A stretch of DNA of 64,000 nt. Origin: Candidatus Limimorpha avicola. Lineage in GTDB: Bacteria; Bacteroidota; Bacteroidia; Bacteroidales; F082. The notes under the pieces are model-generated. The model was not told the origin of the DNA and made no database searches. It saw only the letters and a list, made by a program, of their open reading frames with translations. How positions within the stretch are numbered: position 1 is the first letter of the stretch; every line of letters starts with the position of its first letter. Positions 1 to 10,168 of the stretch are shown here, one piece after another. The stretch is from assembly GCA_020907925.1 (NCBI GenBank), contig DZDN01000058.1, forward strand, positions 1,574 through 65,573, written 5' to 3'. Both the position numbers and the translations under genes were made by a program.

Positions 1-636
1 CATGATTTTTTAGATCCTTTGTCAGTATGCAAGATTCCAATGGTAGGCGAGAAAACACACAAGCTGCTGAATATGATGGGTATTATATCTATAGGTGATT
101 TGCGTAAAATACCCTGCCATATTGTGGAACAATCGCTTGGGAAAAACGGACTTGAGATATGGAAAAAAGCAAACGGCATAGACTCAAGTCCTGTAAAACA
201 ATACGAAGAACAGCAGTCGTTGAGCAAAGAACACACCTTTGAAAACGACACAATAGACATGGTATTGTTACACAAGCATCTCTCGGCAATGGTCGAACAG
301 TTATCTTTTGAATTAAGAAACCAAGGAAAACTAACGGGATGTGTCACTATAAAGATACGTTATGCCGACTTTGATACGCATACCCGGCAACAGCAGATAG
401 CATATACAGCCTTCGACCACAAACTGACAAATACAGTATATGAACTATTCGACAAGTTATACAACCGCAGACTGTTAATAAGACTTATAGGAGTTAGATT
501 CAGTAACCTGATAAATGTATCCCGACAACTCGACATGTTTGAGGATAACACTGTAACAGACAATTTATACAGTGCCATAGACAGTATAAGGCATCGTTTC
601 GGGAAAGATGCCATACACAGAGCAATAACAATATAA
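1..636 (+). CDS. Y-family DNA polymerase (DinB/ImuB-like), C-terminal part; 5' end lies outside the window
   Basis: The ORF is open to the window edge. The (HhH)2 and little-finger region matches the Pol IV pattern (IPMVGEKTHKLL..GI.SIGDL, IRLIGVRFSNL). Its stop is 2 nt before dnaE2. Confidence 0.75.
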   Translation, partial: HDFLDPLSVCKIPMVGEKTHKLLNMMGIISIGDLRKIPCHIVEQSLGKNGLEIWKKANGIDSSPVKQYEEQQSLSKEHTFENDTIDMVLLHKHLSAMVEQLSFELRNQGKLTGCVTIKIRYADFDTHTRQQQIAYTAFDHKLTNTVYELFDKLYNRRLLIRLIGVRFSNLINVSRQLDMFEDNTVTDNLYSAIDSIRHRFGKDAIHRAITI

Positions 637-638
637 TC

Positions 639-3578
639 ATGTATCTCAACACACATTCATATTACAGTTTTTGTTATGGGACTTATTCCATAGAAGAGCT
701 TGTACGTCAGGCTAATTATTACGGTATAAGCAGTCTTGCCCTCACCGATATCAACACGACCATGGGTATCCCGGATTTTGTAGCAGAATGCAACAAATAC
801 GGAATAAAACCCATTGCAGGTGCAGAGTTTCGCAACAACAACGAATTATTATATGTCGCCATAGCAAAAGACAACGAAGGCTTCAGAGAGATAAACGAAC
901 ACATCAGCAGACATAACATCATCAAAATGACTTACGAAGCCGATGCTCCCTCGTGGAATAATGTTTACACCATATATCCATTTGGAAATAAGAATGTAAA
1001 ACAACTGAAAGACAATGAATATATAGGAATACGGTTATCTCAGACAGCACGTCTTATCACATCTGACATAAGAAAGTACCAAGACAGAGTTGTGATAATG
1101 CAGCCGGTGACATTCAAAGATGAAGACTCCCGGCATCTCCACAAATGTATGAGAGCCATAGATAACAACATGCTGATAAGCCGATTGGACCCCATGTTAC
1201 ATGCCATGCCCGATGAGATACTGCTCCGCCCCGATCGTATAAATGCAGCCTTCATATTGTACAAAGACATTGTAAAAACAAGCGAACGTCTTGTTTCACA
1301 GTGCAATATATATTTCGACTTTAAGACGGCAAAAAACAAAAGATATTACACAGGCAACAGATACGATGATTATGAACTGTTAAGGAAGATGGCTTTTGAC
1401 GGCATGACAAGCCGTTACGGGAATAACAACAAAGAGGCTTACAGACGCATAGAGCACGAACTTGAAATAATAGACAAACTGGATTTCGCGTCATATTTTC
1501 TCATCACCGCCGATATCATACGATATTCCATATCGAAAGGGATACCATACATTGGCAGAGGCAGCGGAGCCAACAGCATCATCGCCTACTGTCTTAGAAT
1601 AACTGACGTTGACCCTATAGGATTAGACCTTTATTTTGAACGTTTTCTCAACAGTGGACGAAGTTGTCCTCCTGATTTCGACATAGACTATTCATGGAAA
1701 GACCGTGACAAGGTAACGAGTTATATCTTCAGCCGTTATGGAAGAACAAACACTGCACTATTGGGAGCCACCATAAGTTTCCAAAAACGATCTTTATTGC
1801 GGGAACTCGGCAAGATATATGGCATGCCAAAACAAGAGATTGAAAAGATGGGCTCCACGACATGTCCGGAGAACAATGTCTTATGGCAAAAGATACACTG
1901 TTTGGCACAACGTATGAAAGATTTTCCATATCAACGTTCCATTCATGCCGGAGGAGTGTTGATAACGGAAGAACCCATAACATGTTACACCGCTCTCGAC
2001 ATGCCTCCAAAAGGATTTCAGACCACACAATTCGACATGTATGTTGCCGAACGTCTTCATTTTGAAAAATTCGACATACTAAGTCAAAGAGGCATAGGTC
2101 ATATACAAGATGCCGTAGAAATGATACGGAAAAACAGAAATATCGACATAGACATACATAATACGGAAAAAATACAAAAAGACGAGAAGGTTCGACAGTT
2201 GTTACGCTATGCAGATACCAACGGATGCTTTTATATAGAAAGTCCTGCAATGAGAGGACTGTTGAAAAAACTGCAATGTGACAGTTATGAAACACTTGTT
2301 GCCGCAAGTTCCATAATACGTCCGGGAGTAGCCAAATCAGGAATGATGAAAGAATATATAAAACGTTTTCACAATCAGAACGACATCAAATACATACATC
2401 CTCTGATAGGCAGTTTGCTCAAAGAGACCTTCGGTGTCATGGTGTATCAGGAGGATGTGTTGAAAGTATGTCATCATTTTGCCGGATTAGACCTTAACGA
2501 TGCAGATTTGTTGAGACGCATGATGAATAACAAACGCCATAAGGAAGAAGAATACGACAGATTGAGACAAAAATTCTTTAACAACTGTAAATCAAAAGGT
2601 TATAATGACGATATCATCAAAGAAGTATGGAGACAAATAGAATCTTTTGCCGGATATTCTTTTTCCAAAGCCCATTCGGCATCTTACGCCGTGGAAAGCA
2701 TGCAGAGTCTTTATCTCAAGGCTCATTTCCCATTGGAGTTTCAAGTTGCTGTCATCAACAATTTCGGAGGATTTTATCCCACTTGGGTATATTTCAATGA
2801 ATTAAAGAAAAAAGGCGGCAATATTCATCATTTGTGTGTCAACAACAGTCATTATCTGACAACACTTTATGGAGATATAGCATATATAGGCTTCATTCAT
2901 CTGCAAGGATTGGAAAAAGAATTTGCCATTAATATATGCAAGGAAAGGGGAATGTACGGCAAATACTTGAGCATAAAAGATTTTATAGAACGATTACATC
3001 CAAAGATTGAACAGATAATATTATTGATAAGAAGCAATGCCTTTGCATTCACCGGTAAAAACAAAACAGAACTTCTATGGGAAGCAATGATGTTTAATAA
3101 TAAATATTCACAACACGATATCAATCAATATCGTTTCATTTATGACGAAAAAGGAGATGACAATTTCAGACTTCCCGTCATGAAAAGCACAGCTCTTAAA
3201 GACGCATACGATGAAATAGAGTTGTTTGGTTTCCCTCTGACATTATCGTGGTTCGACATGTTGAAAATACGTTTCAGAGGAGACATACAGGCATGTGAAA
3301 TGATGAACAACATTGGCAGAGAATGTCGTATGCTTGGGCATCTCATCACCATAAAAAATACAAGAACCATCACCGGAGATATGATGCAATTTGCCACTTT
3401 CATAGATTCGCAGGGTGATTTTTTCGACAGTGTACATTTTCCCAACATATTGAAAACATATCCATTTCAAGGCGACGGCACCTATCTCATTCTCGGCAGA
3501 ATAACGGAAGATTTCGAATATCCGAGCATAGAAGTACTTAAAATGGAAAAAATGGAAATGCGACAGGCACAGATATGA
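639..3578 (+). CDS. dnaE2: Error-prone DNA polymerase III alpha-type subunit (DnaE2-like)
   Basis: 979 aa with an N-terminal PHP domain (NTHSYYSF..LALTDINTMG), a Pol IIIalpha core (FDIDYS, QEDVLKV, FSKAHSASYA), and tight coupling to a Y-family polymerase gene. Confidence 0.8.
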   Translation: MYLNTHSYYSFCYGTYSIEELVRQANYYGISSLALTDINTTMGIPDFVAECNKYGIKPIAGAEFRNNNELLYVAIAKDNEGFREINEHISRHNIIKMTYEADAPSWNNVYTIYPFGNKNVKQLKDNEYIGIRLSQTARLITSDIRKYQDRVVIMQPVTFKDEDSRHLHKCMRAIDNNMLISRLDPMLHAMPDEILLRPDRINAAFILYKDIVKTSERLVSQCNIYFDFKTAKNKRYYTGNRYDDYELLRKMAFDGMTSRYGNNNKEAYRRIEHELEIIDKLDFASYFLITADIIRYSISKGIPYIGRGSGANSIIAYCLRITDVDPIGLDLYFERFLNSGRSCPPDFDIDYSWKDRDKVTSYIFSRYGRTNTALLGATISFQKRSLLRELGKIYGMPKQEIEKMGSTTCPENNVLWQKIHCLAQRMKDFPYQRSIHAGGVLITEEPITCYTALDMPPKGFQTTQFDMYVAERLHFEKFDILSQRGIGHIQDAVEMIRKNRNIDIDIHNTEKIQKDEKVRQLLRYADTNGCFYIESPAMRGLLKKLQCDSYETLVAASSIIRPGVAKSGMMKEYIKRFHNQNDIKYIHPLIGSLLKETFGVMVYQEDVLKVCHHFAGLDLNDADLLRRMMNNKRHKEEEYDRLRQKFFNNCKSKGYNDDIIKEVWRQIESFAGYSFSKAHSASYAVESMQSLYLKAHFPLEFQVAVINNFGGFYPTWVYFNELKKKGGNIHHLCVNNSHYLTTLYGDIAYIGFIHLQGLEKEFAINICKERGMYGKYLSIKDFIERLHPKIEQIILLIRSNAFAFTGKNKTELLWEAMMFNNKYSQHDINQYRFIYDEKGDDNFRLPVMKSTALKDAYDEIELFGFPLTLSWFDMLKIRFRGDIQACEMMNNIGRECRMLGHLITIKNTRTITGDMMQFATFIDSQGDFFDSVHFPNILKTYPFQGDGTYLILGRITEDFEYPSIEVLKMEKMEMRQAQI

Positions 3579-3617
3579 TTTTTCATTATTACAAAATCTT
3601 TCTTTCACAAAAAAACG

Positions 3618-3625
3618 TAATTTTG
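3618..3625 (+). promoter_or_regulatory. Bacteroidota -7 promoter box TAATTTTG
   Basis: TAnnTTTG motif about 20 nt upstream of the ATG at 3645. Confidence 0.45.
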
Positions 3626-3644
3626 CACAAGAAAATAAATCATT

Positions 3645-4118
3645 ATGGAACACAGATATTATGACTTTTACATGCGTTTCGATGACATAGACGATGCAGT
3701 AAAAGCACAGGAATACTATAACAAGACATATAAACCGTCTATAGGAGGCAAATTTGTCATCAACGACAATGGAGTATGTTCCCTCTCGCTTCGCGACGAC
3801 TGTCAAATCATGCCGTTTTTATATGATTTCGGACTTAAACGTTTCATTGTCACTGACAACGAACACGGATTCAAGAAAAACAAAGAAGGCAGATTCGTCT
3901 TTGAGGTCTTAACCGACAACGACAAGTTATATACTTTCGACAATGATGATAATCTGTTTGAGAACATAAACAGATTCCTGCAGGAAGGAATATATGAAGA
4001 CAGCTATGTTCATGAAAAAGGCACGCTGCCTCCTGTTGTAAAACGTTACGATGACAGTCTGTGCATAGACGACCTTTACGACATGTTGGATGTCAATGTA
4101 CCAGGTTTAGATTACTGA
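3645..4118 (+). CDS. Hypothetical acidic protein (157 aa)
   Basis: Clean ORF with its own -7 box. I recognise no motif. Confidence 0.5.
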   Translation: MEHRYYDFYMRFDDIDDAVKAQEYYNKTYKPSIGGKFVINDNGVCSLSLRDDCQIMPFLYDFGLKRFIVTDNEHGFKKNKEGRFVFEVLTDNDKLYTFDNDDNLFENINRFLQEGIYEDSYVHEKGTLPPVVKRYDDSLCIDDLYDMLDVNVPGLDY

Positions 4119-4176
4119 CAATTCCCATATAAATGACAAAATCCTTGCAAAATGTTTGTCATTTCGATAAACTTTG

Positions 4177-4184
4177 TACTTTTG
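4177..4184 (+). promoter_or_regulatory. Bacteroidota -7 promoter box TACTTTTG for rnpB
   Basis: TTTG-N18-TACTTTTG arrangement ending 6 nt before the predicted RNase P RNA 5' end. Confidence 0.55.
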
Positions 4185-4189
4185 CAGAC

Positions 4190-4546
4190 GGGAAGCAAGA
4201 TTGTCGCAGGCGGGGCATGATTATGCTTTGCGTGAGGAAAGTCGGGACAGCACAGAGCACCATACTTCTTAACAAGAAGGTATCTGAAAAGATAACAGAC
4301 AGTGCCACAGAAAATTACCGCTCTAAAGAGCAAGGGTGAAAACGTGAGGTAAGAGCTCACGCGTCATTATGGCGACATGATGACGGGGTAAACCTTATGG
4401 GCTGCAAAACCAAATATACCGGTGTTTGAGGGCTGCTCGTCCGAGCCGGGTGGGTAGGTCGCTTGAGTTTGATGGTGACGTCAGACCTAGAGAAATGACA
4501 ATCACCTTATCTTATAAGGTAACAGAATCCCGCTTATGTCTTCCCC
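4190..4546 (+). ncRNA. rnpB: RNase P RNA, bacterial type A
   Basis: Conserved blocks are GAGGAAAGTCGGGAC (4234-4248), GGTAAGAGCTCACG, GGGTAAACCTTATGGGCTGCAA, CTAGAGAAATGACAATC and ACAGAATCCCGCTTAT. P1 (GGGAAG/CTTCCC) and P2 (GATTGTC/GACAATC) pairings close the molecule. The ends are approximate. Confidence 0.88.
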
Positions 4547-4557
4547 AATAAAAAAAC

Positions 4558-4588
4558 GACTCCGACATTTTCGTCGGAGTCTGTTTTT
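4558..4588. terminator. Bidirectional intrinsic terminator between rnpB (+) and the protease gene (-)
   Basis: 9-bp stem GACTCCGAC/GTCGGAGTC, with an A-run upstream and a T-run downstream. Confidence 0.7.
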
Positions 4589-4589
4589 A

Positions 4590-7500
4590 TCATTTACCCC
4601 AATAATGGAAGTCCTCGAGTTCCTCAAGCAACACCCTGACAGCTGCGTTAAGCTGTTCATCTACGCCACGTGTAAGTTCTTCCACCGTATTTCTGACCTT
4701 GACATCAGGTTCAAGTTGAGTATTCTCAAGATAGACTCCATCTTCTGTACGATAGCCTACCACCGGCAGTCCGAAATACAAGTTTTCATCTTGAAGAGTC
4801 TCCCATGTCACACTGCTCATGGTACCGGGAACGGGCATTCCGACAAGTTTGCCAATTTTCTTGTACTTATACACCCATGGTGTACCATGAGCGTTACTGT
4901 AATTTGCCTCACCTATTATCATTACCGAAGGTTTCACATAACGTCGCGACGGCATGACACACACCACAGAATCACGTATCACCTGTTCAAGATATTTCTC
5001 TCCGCTGAAAAGCACCTCTATATCTTCATGCAGACGACCGCCGCCGTTAAAACGGGTATCTATAACCACTCCATCGCGAAGATTATATTTTCCGAGTATG
5101 TCGGCATAAACATCACGATAGCTTTGGTCTCCCATGCTTCTGATATGGACATAACCTAATCTGCCTCCTGAAAGACTGTCAACGACCTCGGCATTGTGTT
5201 TTACCCAACGTTTATACATCAGCTCATTCTGTTTGCCATTGGATATAGGTTTTACAACTTCATCCCAACGGTTTTTCTCTAAAGGATCAAACAAAGACAA
5301 CAATACCATTTTTCCGGATTTCTTGTTAAGCAACGGATAATAATCCATATCTGCCGATACCTCTACTCCATCAATTTTTTCTATCACCACTCCTTTTCTC
5401 ATCTTGGTATTTTCAACATCGAAAGGACCATATTCCAGAACTTCTGCCACTTTCAATCCATCGCCTTCATAATATGTATCGAAGAGTAATCCCAATTGTG
5501 CCGTTGCATCACCGTCTTTGCCATTGCCATACATCCTTGCGCCGGTATGAGATACGTTGAGTTCGCCAAGAATCTCACTCATAAGTTCAACAAAATCATA
5601 ACTGTTGTTTATATGTTTCAAAAACGGATAATAATCGTTTTTTATCTTCTCAAAATCAGCACCATTAGCGCCGGGCATAAAGAAACGTTTACTTTGCTGC
5701 AAAAAGATATGATTGAACATATATTCCCGTTCTGCCGCTCTATCGAGTTCCATAGTAGCGTCATATTCAACATGTTTCGACTTGCCATTGGCGTCAATTT
5801 TCTGAAGATTGCCGCCTGATAAAACATACACATCACCTTTATCATTGATTTCCAGAACAGCTCCTCCTCCACCAAGTTTCTTCAATATTTTTGTAGATTT
5901 TTCTCTAACATCGAGTTCCCACAAATCATAACCTTTCTCGAAAGAACTTAAAAAATAAAGTTTTTCTCCATTGGCAGACATCACCATCCCGGACAGTCGC
6001 GAAGACATGGGTGTAAGCCTTATTATACGTTCATCAATACGTTCAGGTTCCACAACAATAGCTTTCTTCACTTCTTTTTTCTTGTCTTTTTTTTCTTTTT
6101 TATTGCCTGAAAGAGTCTCCATAAGATTCTTTTCCTGTTGCAACAAATCATAATCCTCCTTAGAGAGACGGAACTTGTCGTATGCATCTTGATTTACGAA
6201 AGCGATGAAAGCATCATTTTGGCTTCCCCATGAAGCATGAGAACGCATACCGTAGCGATTGGAATAAAAAATCACCGCATTGCCATCCAAAGCCCATTGA
6301 GGTCCACCGGCGATATAACCGTCATTAGTGATGTTGTATATTATCTTATCCCCTGAAGCAGATACAACAGCAACATCGGAATAAGGAGAGCGCATATTGG
6401 TAATCAACTCTATAGCGAACCATTTACTATCCGGAGACCAACAATATGAAAACTCGTGATTCGCATCGTTGCCAATATGTTTGGAACCATCTGTTATGGC
6501 ACGAACTTTTTTAGTATCAAGATTTATCACCTTCAATATGTTTCTGTTTTCAAGATATGCTATTTCCTTTCCATCCGGAGAAAATTGCGGAGTAGTACGT
6601 TCTATCCCGTCATCTTCAAAAAGAGGAGTTTCTTCTATCAAAGTAGAATAAGCAAAGTTAACCTCTTCATCGCGTACTATTTTAGCGACATAGATATTAT
6701 AATAGCCATCGCGTTCAGACATATAGGCAATACTTCTTCCGTCAGGAGAGAAAGAAGGGCAGCATTCCGACTGAGGAGTTTTCGTTATTTGTTTTGTCGT
6801 TTTATATTCATCAGTAGTAACGAATATCTCGCCTCGTGCCTCAAAAGCTATTTGCTTACCGTCGGAAGTGATACAGAAATCACCGGCACGACCAAACTTG
6901 CCTCGTTCTATCTGTTCGGTATAATCGGATATTATTTCTATTTCGACCTTACGCGGCTCACCATCTACAGTCTGCGTATATATCTCACCTTGATAACCAT
7001 AACACAGCATGCCATTATCAGATACTGACAAGAATCTAACAGGATGTACAGGAAAATCCGTAATCTGAGTAACATTGTCCGGGTCACTGACAGCAGACAA
7101 ATAAACATTGAAGTTTTTGCCATCGCGTTCACTCAAAAATGCCATCTTGTCATATCCGGGAAGAAAGACAGGGTCCCTATCCTCGCCGACATTAGCAGTC
7201 AGAATAGTATGTGTTTTGTTTTGCGCATCATAATAAACAATATCACGAGCCACGGAAGATGTATGATGTTTTCTCCAGATATTTTCACCGCCTTTTCTAT
7301 CATAATAGAGAAAAGATTCACCGTCGGCATCGAAAGAGACGCTGCACACAGTAGCATCGGTGACAAGCTTAGGCCTTCCGCCATTGCAGCTCACCTTATA
7401 TAATTCTGTAAGCCATGCACTTGTAAACTGCACATTGGTATGAGTCTTTTGCAGATGAGCCGAGAAATATATTTCTTTATCATCGGGCGAGAAAGCGAGC

Positions 7501-7835
7501 GGTATCTCAGGAGCTGAGTTTGTAGTAATCCTTTTAGCCTGTCCTCCTTTTGAAGAAACAATAAACACATCAAAATTGCCATAGCGGTCTGATGCAAAAG
7601 CTATGTTTTTGCCGTCATTAGACCATACAGGGTAATAATCATAAGCAGTAGAGGTGGTAATTTGTCGTGCCAACCCACCGTCAACGTCAACGACATAGAT
7701 ATCACCTTTATACGTAAATGCTATTTTATCACCTTGGGGAGAAATAACATTATAACGCATCCAAAGAGGTTGAGCCAAAGATAATATCGACAATGTCAAA
7801 AACAAAGAACAAAAACATATTTTTTTCATATTCAA
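4590..7835 (-). CDS. Tricorn-type protease homolog (PD40/TolB-like beta-propellers, PDZ and S41 peptidase domain), secreted
   Basis: 1081 aa with a signal peptide, repeated PD40-like FSPDGK motifs, and a C-terminal S41-like region (RFNGGG, ANYSNAHG). Confidence 0.8.
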   Translation of the reverse strand: MNMKKICFCSLFLTLSILSLAQPLWMRYNVISPQGDKIAFTYKGDIYVVDVDGGLARQITTSTAYDYYPVWSNDGKNIAFASDRYGNFDVFIVSSKGGQAKRITTNSAPEIPLAFSPDDKEIYFSAHLQKTHTNVQFTSAWLTELYKVSCNGGRPKLVTDATVCSVSFDADGESFLYYDRKGGENIWRKHHTSSVARDIVYYDAQNKTHTILTANVGEDRDPVFLPGYDKMAFLSERDGKNFNVYLSAVSDPDNVTQITDFPVHPVRFLSVSDNGMLCYGYQGEIYTQTVDGEPRKVEIEIISDYTEQIERGKFGRAGDFCITSDGKQIAFEARGEIFVTTDEYKTTKQITKTPQSECCPSFSPDGRSIAYMSERDGYYNIYVAKIVRDEEVNFAYSTLIEETPLFEDDGIERTTPQFSPDGKEIAYLENRNILKVINLDTKKVRAITDGSKHIGNDANHEFSYCWSPDSKWFAIELITNMRSPYSDVAVVSASGDKIIYNITNDGYIAGGPQWALDGNAVIFYSNRYGMRSHASWGSQNDAFIAFVNQDAYDKFRLSKEDYDLLQQEKNLMETLSGNKKEKKDKKKEVKKAIVVEPERIDERIIRLTPMSSRLSGMVMSANGEKLYFLSSFEKGYDLWELDVREKSTKILKKLGGGGAVLEINDKGDVYVLSGGNLQKIDANGKSKHVEYDATMELDRAAEREYMFNHIFLQQSKRFFMPGANGADFEKIKNDYYPFLKHINNSYDFVELMSEILGELNVSHTGARMYGNGKDGDATAQLGLLFDTYYEGDGLKVAEVLEYGPFDVENTKMRKGVVIEKIDGVEVSADMDYYPLLNKKSGKMVLLSLFDPLEKNRWDEVVKPISNGKQNELMYKRWVKHNAEVVDSLSGGRLGYVHIRSMGDQSYRDVYADILGKYNLRDGVVIDTRFNGGGRLHEDIEVLFSGEKYLEQVIRDSVVCVMPSRRYVKPSVMIIGEANYSNAHGTPWVYKYKKIGKLVGMPVPGTMSSVTWETLQDENLYFGLPVVGYRTEDGVYLENTQLEPDVKVRNTVEELTRGVDEQLNAAVRVLLEELEDFHYWGK

Positions 7836-8653
7836 TATTTTATATTTTTTCCACTCATACGAAGTTTAATACCCGTAATGATTTTTTTTGTATATTGAGG
7901 AAAGTCGCTACGCATAATCCAGTCATAATACTGGGGTTCCTTACGAAAAACATCTTCCACAGGCATATCTTTATATTTACCGAATTTAAACACCTCTCTG
8001 CCAAACTCATCATAAACAATTTGTCCCATAAGGTCAGCATTCTGATGATGAGCCGAGAATACGGCAAGAGCATGTACATCGTTGGAAACAGGTTGTTTTA
8101 TCACCGTGCCTTTATTATCGACGAAATCTCTGTTCTGATATTTATCGAGCATGGCACACAACACCTCGTAAGTAGCAACAGTATCGGCAGAAGCGCTATG
8201 AGCATTTTCGAAATCTTTATTAAAGAAGAAGCGATAAGCGCCTCTGAGGGTACGAGGTTCCATTTTCATAAAGATATTCATGACATCTATGACATTACGG
8301 TTACGTACCTCAAATTCAACATCAGCTCGAATAAACTCTTCCACAATGAAAGGAAGGTCGAATTTCAATATATTATATCCAGCGAGGTCACAATTGTCAA
8401 GGTATGCCGACAAAGCAGGTGCAAGTTGTTTAAAATTGGGACAATCTGCCACATCGGCATCAGTAATACCATGTAGTTCAGTTGTTTCCGGAGGTATTGG
8501 AATACCCGGATTTATACGCCAGGACTTTTGTTCCTCAAAGCCATTGACATCAATTTTAAGAATACTTATTTCAATAATACGGTCATGTACCGGATTAAGA
8601 CCGGTGGTTTCCAAATCAAAAAACGCAACCGGACGTTTCAAATTCAAATTCAT
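7832..8653 (-). CDS. DEDDh 3'-5' exonuclease (DnaQ/epsilon-like) with a C-terminal extension
   Basis: Exo motifs FFDLETTGL, AGYNILKFD and HSASADT. A 4-nt ATGA overlap links it to the downstream protease gene. Confidence 0.8.
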   Translation of the reverse strand: MNLNLKRPVAFFDLETTGLNPVHDRIIEISILKIDVNGFEEQKSWRINPGIPIPPETTELHGITDADVADCPNFKQLAPALSAYLDNCDLAGYNILKFDLPFIVEEFIRADVEFEVRNRNVIDVMNIFMKMEPRTLRGAYRFFFNKDFENAHSASADTVATYEVLCAMLDKYQNRDFVDNKGTVIKQPVSNDVHALAVFSAHHQNADLMGQIVYDEFGREVFKFGKYKDMPVEDVFRKEPQYYDWIMRSDFPQYTKKIITGIKLRMSGKNIKY

Positions 8654-8788
8654 ATTTAAAAATTAAAAAAATCACTCATTTTCGAGTGTCAAAGGTAAGT
8701 ATTTTTAAGAAATTGATAAAAAAAACATCAATTCGTTGAAAAAAAAAATTTTTTTATGAAACAACAATGGTTTATTAAATAAAATTTG

Positions 8789-8796
8789 TATTTTTG
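8789..8796 (+). promoter_or_regulatory. Bacteroidota -7 promoter box TATTTTTG
   Basis: The motif lies inside the long version of ORF 8786, which argues for the ATG at 8834 as the true start. Confidence 0.45.
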
Positions 8797-8833
8797 CTTC
8801 CGTAATAGATATAGACATCAAATACAGAGAAAT

Positions 8834-9190
8834 ATGGAAGAAAATGAAAAGATGAGTAATCGGGAAGAGATATTCTCGAAGGCGGTACGAGCAGGAAAAC
8901 GTACATATTTTTTCGATGTAAAAAGCACAAAAGGTGACGAAAAATACATCACTATTACTGAAAGCAAAAGACGTTTCAGCAATGATCAAGATCGTTTCTT
9001 TTATGAAAAACATAAGATTTTCCTATACAAAGAAGATTTTGAGAAATTCAGCAACGCATTGAAAGGAGCATTGGAATTTATTGAAACAGGCGTTTATCCG
9101 GAAGGATATTTCGACAAAGAAGAAAAAGAAGAGAAAGTCGATGATGAAAACGTCGATAAATGGTTTGATGATTTAGAGAAACAATCATAA
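8834..9190 (+). CDS. DUF3276 / PUR-alpha-like nucleic-acid-binding protein
   Basis: The KAVRAGKRTYFFDVKSTKGDEKYITITESKRRF pattern is typical of the family. The start was moved to an internal ATG downstream of the promoter box. Confidence 0.65.
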   Translation: MEENEKMSNREEIFSKAVRAGKRTYFFDVKSTKGDEKYITITESKRRFSNDQDRFFYEKHKIFLYKEDFEKFSNALKGALEFIETGVYPEGYFDKEEKEEKVDDENVDKWFDDLEKQS

Positions 9191-9247
9191 TCCGTTTAAA
9201 GCACTGTTTAACGACAGTAAAATATTTATTAATTAAGATAATCACGA

Positions 9248-9281
9248 CGAGTTGTTCGGGACGGACGACTCGTTTTTTTTT
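9248..9281 (+). terminator. Intrinsic terminator
   Basis: 11-bp stem CGAGTTGTTCG/CGGACGACTCG (two G-U pairs) followed by T9. Confidence 0.7.
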
Positions 9282-9337
9282 ATAGAATGTTGATAAAATA
9301 TATAAGATAAAAATATTAAAATGTGATGTAATTTTTG

Positions 9338-9345
9338 TATCTTTG
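9338..9345 (+). promoter_or_regulatory. Bacteroidota -7 promoter box TATCTTTG for parAB
   Basis: TAnnTTTG motif 38 nt upstream of the parA ATG. Confidence 0.45.
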
Positions 9346-9382
9346 TACGTTTTATTTTTTAAACTACATAAAACAATAAAAA

Positions 9383-10168
9383 ATGGGAAAAATTATTGCG
9401 ATAGCCAATCAAAAAGGAGGAGTCGGCAAGACCACCACAGCCATCAATCTTGCTGCAAGTCTTGGAGTTCTTGAATACAAGACACTGCTAATAGATGCCG
9501 ATCCGCAAGCGAACTCCACTTCGGGCATAGGCTTTGACCCCAAAAACATTGACGGCAGCATATATGAGTGTATCATAGACGGCTTGGATCCTAAAAGTAT
9601 CATCAAAGAGACAGAGACGCCCAACCTGTATCTCCTGCCGGCTCATATAGACCTTGTTGGTGCGGAAATAGAGATTATCAACATGCCCCAGAGGGAAAGA
9701 ATGATGCGCAATAGTTTGGAAAATATCAAAAACGATTATGAATTTATCATCATAGACTGTTCTCCCTCGTTGGGACTAATAACCATAAATGCATTGACAG
9801 CTGCCGACTCTGTCATTATTCCGGTACAGTGCCAATATTTCGCATTAGAGGGGCTGGGAAAATTGCTTAACACCATCAAGATAGTACAGGCCCGATTTAA
9901 CCCCGGACTTGACATTGAAGGCATCTTGTTGACAATGTTCGATTCAAGGACAAGAATATCGAAACAGGTAGTAGAAGAGGTAAAAACACACTTCCAATCC
10001 ATGGTCTTCAATACCATCATCAATGTAAATACAAGACTTAGCGAAGCCCCAAGTTACGGACAGTCAGTGATAATGCACGATGCAGCAAGCACAGGTGCCA
10101 TAAACCATATCAACCTCGCAAGAGAGATATTACAACGCAACAATTTAATAGATAAAATCGAACAATGA
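9383..10168 (+). CDS. parA: ParA/Soj chromosome partitioning ATPase
   Basis: Deviant Walker A motif [13 protein letters not shown]. ParA-family similarity runs the full length. Confidence 0.9.
   Translation: MGKIIAIANQKGGVGKTTTAINLAASLGVLEYKTLLIDADPQANSTSGIGFDPKNIDGSIYECIIDGLDPKSIIKETETPNLYLLPAHIDLVGAEIEIINMPQRERMMRNSLENIKNDYEFIIIDCSPSLGLITINALTAADSVIIPVQCQYFALEGLGKLLNTIKIVQARFNPGLDIEGILLTMFDSRTRISKQVVEEVKTHFQSMVFNTIINVNTRLSEAPSYGQSVIMHDAASTGAINHINLAREILQRNNLIDKIEQ

Noticed and set aside
4112-5159. ORFs 4112-4360 (-), 4133-4339 (+) and 4536-5159 (+)
   Set aside because: The first two overlap the RNase P RNA gene, whose conserved blocks and pairings explain the region. The third is antisense to the tricorn-type protease gene.
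7793-8476. 227-aa plus-strand ORF
   Set aside because: It is antisense to the DEDDh exonuclease gene and has no motif. AT-rich shadow frame.
8739-8755. A10T7 homopolymer junction in the exonuclease/DUF3276 spacer
   Set aside because: It could bend DNA or serve as a weak bidirectional terminator tail, but there is no adjacent stem. It is intergenic, so it cannot act as a frameshift-type phase switch.
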